The notes below the pieces were generated by a model. It did no database searches and was not told where the DNA came from. It was given only the letters and a program-made list of their open reading frames with translations. Shown in pieces: positions 48,479-56,223 of a DNA stretch of 64,000 bases (the stretch's first letter is position 1; every line of letters starts with the position of its first letter). A program made the position numbers and the translations under genes. The stretch covers positions 448,001 to 512,000 of the forward strand of contig OY821641.1 in NCBI GenBank assembly GCA_963555995.3, read 5' to 3'. The stretch comes from Vicinamibacteria bacterium. GTDB lineage: Bacteria > Acidobacteriota > Vicinamibacteria > Marinacidobacterales > Marinacidobacteraceae.

Positions 48479-50191
48479 ATGCGCGGGAAACGGCGAATTG
48501 CCCTGATCGGGATGGCCCCCCTGCTGGGTCTTCCCCTGCTGCTCGCACCCTCGCTGGACGGGCCCGCCGAAGGCGCCGGGATGAGCGTCAACGGGATGGT
48601 GGTGACCTCCCACCCGCTCGCGGCGCAGGCCGGGCTGCGGATGCTGCAGGCGGGCGGGAACGCGTTCGACGCGGCGGTGGCGAGCGCGGCCGTGAAGGCC
48701 GTCGTGGAACCGCTCATGTCCGGGCTGGGCGGGGTGGGCGGCTACGCGCTGATCCACGACGCCAAAACGGGAGACATCCGTTCGGTGGACTTCATCGGCG
48801 CGGCCCCGGCCGCCGCGGACCCCGAAGCGTTCACCGCCGGCAGCCGGCTCTGGGACCGGACCCATCCGGCCCGCGACAGTTTCCTGGCGCCGCTGGTGCC
48901 CGGCAACCTGGCCGGCTGGGCGGCGCTCCTCGAGGAGTACGGCTCGATGTCCTGGGCGGAAGTGCTGGCGCCCGCCATCGAGTACGCCGAAGACGGTTTC
49001 GCGGTGACCCCCGCGGTCAGCGGGCCGTTCGGGACGAGCGGCTTCGGCGCCGACGTGGCCCGCTACCCCTACGGCGCCGGCATCTTCTTCAAGGGCGGGA
49101 AGCCCTGGCCGGTGGGCGAGGTCCTGAAGCAGCCCGACCTGGCGAAGACCCTCCGGGCCATCGCGGCCGATGGGCCGGGGGTCCTCTACGGCGGGGCGAT
49201 GGCGGAGACGGTCGTGGACTTCTTCCGGCAGAACGGCGGCATCCTCACCGTGGAGGACTTCGCGAACTACCGGGCGCGCTGGAGCGAGCCGCTCTCGACG
49301 ACCTACCGCGGCTACACGGTGTACAGCCAGCCCCCCGGCGGTTCCGGGATGACGATCCTGCAGACCCTGAACATCCTCGAGCAGTTCGACGTGCCGGCGC
49401 TGGAGCACAACTCCGAGGAGTTCGTCCATCTGGTGGCGGAGGCGATGAAGCTGGCGTTCGTGGACGAGGACATCTGGAACACCGGCAAGGACTACGCCGA
49501 CATTCCGCTCGACCGGCTGCTCTCGAAGGAATATGCGGCGCAGCAGGCGGCGCGGATTGATCTTTCCCGGGCGCAGTTCCACGCCGCGGTCCGCGACGGG
49601 AGCGACCTGCCCACCGCGGTGGAGCACACCACGCACCACACGGTGGTGGACAAGGACCACAACGTGGTGACCATCACCCAGACGCTCATGCTCCCGGCGG
49701 GGGTGGTGGTCCCCGAGACCGGGGTCATCTTCAACAACGGGATGTCCTATTTCAGCCTGGACCCCGAGGACGTGAACCTCATCGAGGGCGGGCAGCGGCC
49801 CCGCTTCGTGATGAGCCCCACCATCGTGACCCGCTACGACAAGCCCTACTTCGCCCTCGGATCGGCGGGAGGCTGGACCATCCCGCAGACGATCCTGCAG
49901 GTGCTGGTGCGGGCGCTCGACTACGAGATGGACGCCCCGGCGGCGGTGGACGCGCCGCGTTTCGTGGTCCGCTACCTGGCGAACTCGATTCCCTACATGG
50001 ATGGGACCGATCTGGTGCTGGAGAAGGACTTCCCGGATGAGGTGCGGGAGGCGCTGAACGCCAGGGGGCATCGCCTGCGCGAGCCCCCCAACCGGATCGG
50101 GATGCTGAACGCGATCCGGATCGTTCCGGGCTCGGGAGTGCTTTCCGGGGGGCCGGACAAGCGCCGCGAGGGCGCCGCGGCGGGCTGGTGA
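48479..50191 (+). CDS. ggt: Gamma-glutamyltransferase family protein
   Basis: GGNAFDAAVA, VVEP.MSGLGG, VPG...GW, PPGGSG, nucleophile HTTH, GSAGG, PDKRREG. Confidence 0.9.
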   Translation: MRGKRRIALIGMAPLLGLPLLLAPSLDGPAEGAGMSVNGMVVTSHPLAAQAGLRMLQAGGNAFDAAVASAAVKAVVEPLMSGLGGVGGYALIHDAKTGDIRSVDFIGAAPAAADPEAFTAGSRLWDRTHPARDSFLAPLVPGNLAGWAALLEEYGSMSWAEVLAPAIEYAEDGFAVTPAVSGPFGTSGFGADVARYPYGAGIFFKGGKPWPVGEVLKQPDLAKTLRAIAADGPGVLYGGAMAETVVDFFRQNGGILTVEDFANYRARWSEPLSTTYRGYTVYSQPPGGSGMTILQTLNILEQFDVPALEHNSEEFVHLVAEAMKLAFVDEDIWNTGKDYADIPLDRLLSKEYAAQQAARIDLSRAQFHAAVRDGSDLPTAVEHTTHHTVVDKDHNVVTITQTLMLPAGVVVPETGVIFNNGMSYFSLDPEDVNLIEGGQRPRFVMSPTIVTRYDKPYFALGSAGGWTIPQTILQVLVRALDYEMDAPAAVDAPRFVVRYLANSIPYMDGTDLVLEKDFPDEVREALNARGHRLREPPNRIGMLNAIRIVPGSGVLSGGPDKRREGAAAGW

Positions 50192-50256
50192 CCTGCCTGC
50201 CCCGGCGTTCGTGGCTTCCGTTTCGGGACCCGTCGCCGCTGGAATACACTGGGCTC

Positions 50257-51798
50257 ATGGGGTTCGGGAAAGTCTCTCGCAGCGTTCGGAACCTGCCTGT
50301 CCCGGTGGCATTGGCGCTGGGCTGCGGACTCGTGTCCGTCGCGGGCGGCGGGTGCGCGCTCAGGGCCGCATCCCCCGCCCGGGAGGCGGCTCCCGAGCTA
50401 CCCGCCGACTTCGTCGAGAGCCCGGCAGCTGGCGCCCCTGAGGCGCAGGAGTGGTGGCGGGCGTTCAACGACCCGGCGCTCGACCAGGTGGTCGCATCGG
50501 TACTGGACTCCAACTTCTCCGTGGCGGAAGCGGTCGCGCGCGTCGAGCAGGCCAGAACGCGGGCCCGGCTGGCCGACGCGGCGATCCTCCCCAGTGTCGG
50601 CGCGAGCCTCACCGCGGAAACCTTCGACCTGCCCACGAATGCCGCGATCGGCGCGCAGCTCGAGGACCTGGGCCTCGATTTCCCTCTGCCCGACCGGTTG
50701 GGCTTCCCGACCTATACCCTGGGCGCGGACTTCGCCTACGAAGCCGATTTCTGGGGCCGCGTCCGGCACACCGCCCTCGCGGCGGGATCCGAGCTGCTGG
50801 CCTCGGAGTTCGACCTGCGGGTCGCCCGCATCGGGATCCTCGCCGAGACGATTTCGGTCTACTTCGAGATCGGCCACCTGCGGCAGCAACGCGCCATCGC
50901 CGGGCGGCAGGTGGAACTGCTCGAGGAACGCGAGCGGTTCGTCGCGAGCCGCTACGAACGCGGGCTCACGGCTTCCCTCGAGCTGCACGGCGTCCGCGAG
51001 GCCCTCTCCAGCGCGCGGGCCGGCGTGCCGCAGGTCGAGAACCAGCTCGCCGAGACGGAGTCCCGGCTCGCCGTACTGCTGGGAGGCTACCGGGAGGACG
51101 TCGCGGCGATCCTTCCCGACTCCCGGTCGCCGGAAACCCCGGCCGAACCCGTGCCGGCCGGCATTCCGGCCGACCTCCTTTCGCAGCGGCCGGACGTGCA
51201 GGCCGCAGGTCACCGGCTGGAAGCCGCCGGACACACCGTCGAAGCGCGGCGCGCGGCCCTGATGCCCCAGCTCTCGCTCTCCGGATCCATTGGACTGCGG
51301 AGCACGGACGCCGGAGGCCTTTTCGACGTCAAGCAGTGGTTCACGAACCTTGCCGGCAACCTGCTCCGGCCGGTGTTCGACGGCGGCCGGCTGGCGAGCG
51401 GCGTGGAACTTGCCGAAGCGCGCTTCGATGAGCTGGCGGCAGCCTACGGCCGGACCATCGTTACCGCGGTCAACGAGGTGGAAGCGGCCCTGGCAACCCT
51501 GAGGAACGAAGGCCGCCGGCAGGAATCTCTTGCCGCCCGCCACGAAGAGGCCCGGACGTCCGTGGAAGTGCAGGCCAGACGTTACGAGTCGGGCATCAGC
51601 GGCTATGGCGATCTGCTCGACGCCACCGCCGGACTGCTGGACGCGGAATTGGCGCTTGCGGGTTCGGAGCGGAACCTGGCCCTCGCCCGGCTGGCCATCC
51701 ACCGGGCCCTGGGGGGCGCGTGGGCCGGCCCGGACGCGATGGCCGGCGCTCCGGCGGGCGCACCGGACACCCGTGCGAAAGGACCGGCGGACCGATGA
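50257..51798 (+). CDS. RND outer-membrane factor (NodT/TolC-like lipoprotein)
   Basis: GGC lipobox, WWRAFNDPAL, YEADFWGR, PADLLSQRPDV, HRALGGAW. Confidence 0.92.
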   Translation: MGFGKVSRSVRNLPVPVALALGCGLVSVAGGGCALRAASPAREAAPELPADFVESPAAGAPEAQEWWRAFNDPALDQVVASVLDSNFSVAEAVARVEQARTRARLADAAILPSVGASLTAETFDLPTNAAIGAQLEDLGLDFPLPDRLGFPTYTLGADFAYEADFWGRVRHTALAAGSELLASEFDLRVARIGILAETISVYFEIGHLRQQRAIAGRQVELLEERERFVASRYERGLTASLELHGVREALSSARAGVPQVENQLAETESRLAVLLGGYREDVAAILPDSRSPETPAEPVPAGIPADLLSQRPDVQAAGHRLEAAGHTVEARRAALMPQLSLSGSIGLRSTDAGGLFDVKQWFTNLAGNLLRPVFDGGRLASGVELAEARFDELAAAYGRTIVTAVNEVEAALATLRNEGRRQESLAARHEEARTSVEVQARRYESGISGYGDLLDATAGLLDAELALAGSERNLALARLAIHRALGGAWAGPDAMAGAPAGAPDTRAKGPADR

Positions 51799-53015
51799 AT
51801 CGAACCAGGGGGTACGTCCTGGCGGCGATCATCCTGCTCGGATCGTTCGGGATCGCCACCCTGCTGATCGCGCAGCGGCCCGAGCCCGAGCGGCGCGAGC
51901 CTCCCTCCCCGATTCCGTTCGTCGTCACCTCCCCGGCGGCGGCGGGTTCCGGGTCGATTCCGGTCCATGGCGCCGGCACGGTCCGGCCACGCGAGCAGGT
52001 GGACGTGGCCGCCGGGGTGAGCGGACGGGTCGTGTGGGTGGATCCGGCTTTCGAGAGCGGCGGGCGGGTCAGCGAGGGCCAGGTGCTTTTCCGCCTCGAC
52101 GACAGCGACTACCGCCACCGGACCGAGCAGGCGCGATCCGGCGTCGCCGGGCAGCAGTTGGAGTTGCTGCGGGTCGAGGAGGAGGCCCGGATCGCCCGCG
52201 AGCAGTACGAAGCGTTCCAGAGCCGCCGCGGCGCCGCCGCCGGAGGTGCGAACGCGAGTCCGCTCGCGCACTGGGAGCCGCAACTCGAGGCGGCGCGGGC
52301 CGGCGTGGAACGGGCCGACGCCCTCCTGGCGGAAGCCGAACTCCTGCTCGCGCGGACGGCGGTGCTGGCGCCCTTCGACGCGGTGGTGCGTTCCGAGACC
52401 GTCGGCGTGGGGCAATTCGTGACCGCCGGAGTGGGGGTGGCGCAGATCTACGCGTCCGATGCGGTCGAGATCGTCGTCCCGCTGTCGGACGCCGAAGCGG
52501 CGCTCGTCCCGGGCCTGTGGGACCTGAGGCCGGGAGTCGCGGACCGCCGGGCGGCGGCCCGGGTCACTGCGGAATACGGCGCCGGCGCCTACGCCTGGGA
52601 GGGATATGTGGACCGGGTCGAGGCCGCGCTGGACGAAACGACGCGGACCCTCGACGTGATCGTGCGGGTTCCGAACCCTTTCGAGGGCGGCTCCCGGGTG
52701 GAAACCGGCGAGGCGGACGCAGACCCCGGATCTTCCGCCGGGTCCCCGCCACCGCTCCTGATCGGCCAGTTCGCGAACGTCGAGATAGCGGGGATCGCGC
52801 CGCAGGAGTACTTCCGGATAAGGCGGCTGGGGCTCCGACCGGGAAACGAGGTCTGGGCGGTGGACGGCGAGGCGGTGACCATCGTTCCGGTGCGCGTGTT
52901 GCAGCGCTTCGACGACACCGTGTACGTCACGGGTGGGTTGCGGGAAGGCCAGGACGTGGTGCTGACCGGGATCCAGTTCGCGACCGAGGGAATGAGGGTG
53001 CGCACGGCGGAGTAG
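51795..53015 (+). CDS. RND periplasmic adaptor (membrane fusion protein)
   Basis: N-terminal TM, GTVRP...VSGRV, APFDAVV, LDETTRT, LLIGQF; ATGA overlap with the OMF stop. Confidence 0.92.
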   Translation: MNRTRGYVLAAIILLGSFGIATLLIAQRPEPERREPPSPIPFVVTSPAAAGSGSIPVHGAGTVRPREQVDVAAGVSGRVVWVDPAFESGGRVSEGQVLFRLDDSDYRHRTEQARSGVAGQQLELLRVEEEARIAREQYEAFQSRRGAAAGGANASPLAHWEPQLEAARAGVERADALLAEAELLLARTAVLAPFDAVVRSETVGVGQFVTAGVGVAQIYASDAVEIVVPLSDAEAALVPGLWDLRPGVADRRAAARVTAEYGAGAYAWEGYVDRVEAALDETTRTLDVIVRVPNPFEGGSRVETGEADADPGSSAGSPPPLLIGQFANVEIAGIAPQEYFRIRRLGLRPGNEVWAVDGEAVTIVPVRVLQRFDDTVYVTGGLREGQDVVLTGIQFATEGMRVRTAE

Positions 53016-53048
53016 CGCTCCGACGCCGTTCGATCGCCTGCAAGTTAA

Positions 53049-53227
53049 CAGCCCGTGGTGAAACCCACGCGAGCGCCGAGAGCGGTGAGGCGCCCGGCTG
53101 ACAAGGCGCGTGAGGGAGGAATACCGGGTGTATTCCGACCGAAACGCAACGATGAGCGCCTCGTAGAGGCGCGGTTCAGGCGGGATGCATCGCCGCTCGA
53201 ACGCCGCGTGGGTTTTGCCACAGGCTG
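53049..53227. mobile_element. MITE family B, 179 bp, full copy 2
   Basis: IRs CAGCCCGTGGTGAAACCCACGCG / CGCGTGGGTTTTGCCACAGGCTG; flanks TTAA and TTGA; internal GGAATAC..GTATTCC hairpin. Confidence 0.85.
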
Positions 53228-53291
53228 TTGAATCCGTCGGGGTGGGACGGGAGCATCCGCGAGCCTTCCGCGAGAATGCCGCTCGGTACGC

Positions 53292-54320
53292 ATGAGTGAA
53301 GGCGCGCTCCCCCCGTTCCCGGAGGGTTGGTATTTCGTCGCCACCCGAGCGTCCCTGGAGAAGGCGAAGCTCATCCAGAAGACGTGGATGGGACAGGACA
53401 TCGTTGCCTGGTGCGACGACGCCGGCAGGGTCTCCGTGGCCGAGTCGGTCTGTCCGCACCTCGGGTCCGAACTGGGACCCGTCGCCGGCGGCCGGGTGCG
53501 CGACGGCCGTCTCGTCTGTCCCTTCCACGGCTACGAGTTCGACGCCAGCGGCCAATGCGTCGCCACTCCCTTTGCCCCGCCGCCGAAGACCGCGAAGCTG
53601 AAGTCCTTCGAGACCCGGGAGGTTCTCGGCATCGTCTTCGCCTGGTGGGGCGCCGGTGGACGGCCCCCGCGGTGGCGCCTCCCGGAAGACCCGCCGGCCG
53701 GAGCCGACTGGTGCCGACCGGCGTTCCGGACTCTCCGGTTTCGGGGGCACCCTCAGGAAACGAGCGAGAACGCCGTGGACATGGCGCACCTGCGGTACGT
53801 GCACGGCTACGGCAACGTCGGCCGGGTCGGAAAGGTGACCGTGGACGGCGCGCAGCTCGTGAGTTCCTTTGACTTCAAGCGCACCCAGAGCGTCGTCGGG
53901 ATCGCGAATCTCACTTTCGACGTTTCCGCGACCGCCCACGTCGTCGGGCTCGGGTATTCCTTCGTGGAGTTCCGCGAACGCTCCATTGGCATGGACGGGC
54001 GTCTGTGGGTGCTTGCGACGCCCGTGGACGGCACCCTCATTGACCTGGTGCTGGTCAGCCAGTTTCGGCAACTGCGGAAGCCGAAACGGCCGATCGTCGG
54101 CTTGCGGTTCCTCCCGCTGACGCTTCGCACGCGGGTCATGAACGCGTTGATGCTGACTTTTCAGAAACACGACGTCCTGCAGGACGTGGAGATCTGGAGC
54201 CGGAAACGGTACCGGTCGCGGCCGAGCCTCTCCCGGTCCGACGGTGAGATCGGAATGTACCGGCGCTGGTGCAAGCAGTTCTACGCAGAACCGGGAACAC
54301 CCGAGCTCACGCCGTCCTGA
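53292..54320 (+). CDS. Rieske non-heme iron oxygenase, Neverland (cholesterol 7-desaturase)/KshA-like
   Basis: PPFPEGWY; CPHLG...CPFHG Rieske cluster; ENAVDMAHLRYVH Fe site; C-terminal QDVEIWSRKRY...DGEIGMYRRWCKQFY. Confidence 0.85.
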   Translation: MSEGALPPFPEGWYFVATRASLEKAKLIQKTWMGQDIVAWCDDAGRVSVAESVCPHLGSELGPVAGGRVRDGRLVCPFHGYEFDASGQCVATPFAPPPKTAKLKSFETREVLGIVFAWWGAGGRPPRWRLPEDPPAGADWCRPAFRTLRFRGHPQETSENAVDMAHLRYVHGYGNVGRVGKVTVDGAQLVSSFDFKRTQSVVGIANLTFDVSATAHVVGLGYSFVEFRERSIGMDGRLWVLATPVDGTLIDLVLVSQFRQLRKPKRPIVGLRFLPLTLRTRVMNALMLTFQKHDVLQDVEIWSRKRYRSRPSLSRSDGEIGMYRRWCKQFYAEPGTPELTPS

Positions 54321-55677
54321 AGCGCCAGCCGTACATCACCCGTCCGTAGAAGTTGAACCACTTCCTGGCCTCGGGGTCGTCGAACGGGTATTCCGCGCCG
54401 AGCTGCCTCGCCGTAACGAGGCCGGACACGAAACAGGTCTCCTGGCTGTTGATCAGGGTGTGCGCGCCGCAGTGCCAGGTCCGCCGCTTTCCCTGGACGA
54501 AGCGAAAGATCTGCGTCAGAAAGGCCACGTGACGCACGTCGTGGACGATGTGCTGAAACCACCACTTGCTGACGATCTTGTTGTCGGCGATCCGACTGAT
54601 CGGGTTGTAGGTCACGAGACACGGCTTGTCCGACTTCTTCGCCCACGGCTGCTGGTTGTGCATGATGTAGGTGATTTCGTAGTTGTCCGGCCGCGCGCCG
54701 TACTGCTGGATGTGGTTGCTCCGGGTGGCGAGGGGCCTGACTTCGCTGTCGGGGAGGACCGAGGCGTCCGAATGGACGACCGTGTGGTTGTGCAGTTCGC
54801 TCTCGTAGCGGACCTGTGAGAGGAGCCAACCCTCCAGCCGGGTCGGCCGGTCGAGGAGCATCAGCGTCTGGTTCGCGTTGCACGCGAAAACGACGTCATC
54901 GAACGTCTCCGCCGTTCCGTTCTCATCTTCCACGACGACGTCGTACCGGCGCCGGTGAACCTTTCGCACCGGCCGGTTCAGGTAGATCCTGTCGCGAAAC
55001 GACGCCGACAGCTCCCGATAGATCCGTCGGGTTCCCTGGTCCCACGTCTGCATCGGCGTCGCGGTCTCGATGTCGAAGAAGTCCAGGTAGCGGGAAAACA
55101 GCGACGCCGGCATGTCGAACACGTTCGTCGCCATCAGGAAGTTGACGAACATGGGTTTCAGGATCTTGTAGCGGAAGTCTCCCGAGTACCGGCCCAGGTT
55201 CAGCAGGGCGCCCATGCTGACGTAGTTGAACGGATTGAGGGCGCCGAGCAGTTTGGACCGGGACAGGTTGAGGCGGCCGAACCATTGAAGGCGCCGCAGC
55301 AGCCGCTGGAACCTCCGGATTTCCGGTTGCAACTGCCTCCGGATGTCGGAGTCGAAGTCGTGGGCATAGATTTCGCCCCGATACTTCACGCTGTAGTTGA
55401 ACCGGGTGGCGACCAGTTCGATCCCGTGCTGCTGCATGAACAGGACGAAGTGGTGGTATGCCGACGGAATGCACGCGGTCACTGAAATGTCGAACGGGAT
55501 CGCGCCGCCGCCGTCCTGGGGCATTTCGGCGGTGATCGCATTGCCGCCGAGCTGGGCCTGCGCTTCGAACAGTCGGAAATCGAAGCGGTCCGGATGCTGG
55601 TTGAGCGCCCACGCCACTCCGAGTCCCGAAACGCCCCCGCCGACGATGGCGATCCGCCGCGGCTTCGCTGCACCCAT
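54307..55677 (-). CDS. FAD-dependent oxidoreductase (COG2907/amine-oxidase-like, probably lipid-modifying)
   Basis: IAIVGGGVSGL dinucleotide motif, FEAQAQLGGNA, FDDVVFAC, VVHSD, LVTYNP, QGKRRTWHCGA...SQE...SG. Confidence 0.82.
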   Translation of the reverse strand: MGAAKPRRIAIVGGGVSGLGVAWALNQHPDRFDFRLFEAQAQLGGNAITAEMPQDGGGAIPFDISVTACIPSAYHHFVLFMQQHGIELVATRFNYSVKYRGEIYAHDFDSDIRRQLQPEIRRFQRLLRRLQWFGRLNLSRSKLLGALNPFNYVSMGALLNLGRYSGDFRYKILKPMFVNFLMATNVFDMPASLFSRYLDFFDIETATPMQTWDQGTRRIYRELSASFRDRIYLNRPVRKVHRRRYDVVVEDENGTAETFDDVVFACNANQTLMLLDRPTRLEGWLLSQVRYESELHNHTVVHSDASVLPDSEVRPLATRSNHIQQYGARPDNYEITYIMHNQQPWAKKSDKPCLVTYNPISRIADNKIVSKWWFQHIVHDVRHVAFLTQIFRFVQGKRRTWHCGAHTLINSQETCFVSGLVTARQLGAEYPFDDPEARKWFNFYGRVMYGWRFRTA

Positions 55678-55781
55678 GTTTTCTACTCTACCGTCGCGGG
55701 CGGCCGCCTCGTCCCCACCGGAAGAAGACCCCCATGATCGGGTCCTCCCGCACACCCCGCCGGTCATGAGAATTGCGGAAA

Positions 55782-55992
55782 CGGCTTGGAGCGCCGGCTT
55801 CAGCCGGCACCCGCTGCGCGGAGCGCAGCGGAACGGCGTACGGCTCCTGCCCGCATGGCGCGTGGGCAGGCGAGGCGGCTCCAAAGAACTGGTGGCCGGC
55901 GTTCCCGGCCTTTGCGCCATCCGGGCGGATGAGGTCCTTCCCGCCGCCCGCCTGCGGCGGGCTGTGCCGGCTGAAGCCGGCGTTCCCAGCCG
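55782..55992. repeat. REP/REPIN-like element, family A, copy 3 (inverted relative to copy 2)
   Basis: CGGCTTGGAGCGCCGGCTTCAGCCGGCAC ... GTGCCGGCTGAAGCCGGCGTTCCCAGCCG; whole interior matches the reverse complement of 42097-42308. Confidence 0.88.
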
Positions 55993-56223
55993 TTGGACCC
56001 TCACGGCTGTTGGCGGACCCGCACGGGACTGCATCTTCACAGCAACCGGGCCGGCGGCGCCATCACGGCTCCGAGGTGGACCCCCGAAGTAGCACTTTGG
56101 CGACGACTCGCCGCGCTCGGCGCTCGTGGAGGTTTCCCCGCCGGCTGGTAGAATTCCCGCCGGACAATCCGGAGGGGGCCGGTGGGCATGGCCTCAAGCC
56201 GCTCGATCCGGATGTCGAAGACC

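Noticed and set aside
9437-55992. Family A repeats as a CRISPR array or integron attC sites
   Set aside because: Copies are dispersed inverted pairs with related interiors, not direct repeats with unique spacers; no cas or integrase gene.
54307-56040. 577-aa version of the FAD oxidoreductase, and similar N-terminal extensions of ORFs 39801..41759, 26034..27752 and 45460..46515
   Set aside because: The extensions read through repeats or neighbouring genes; domain starts and stop/start overlaps indicate the shorter starts.
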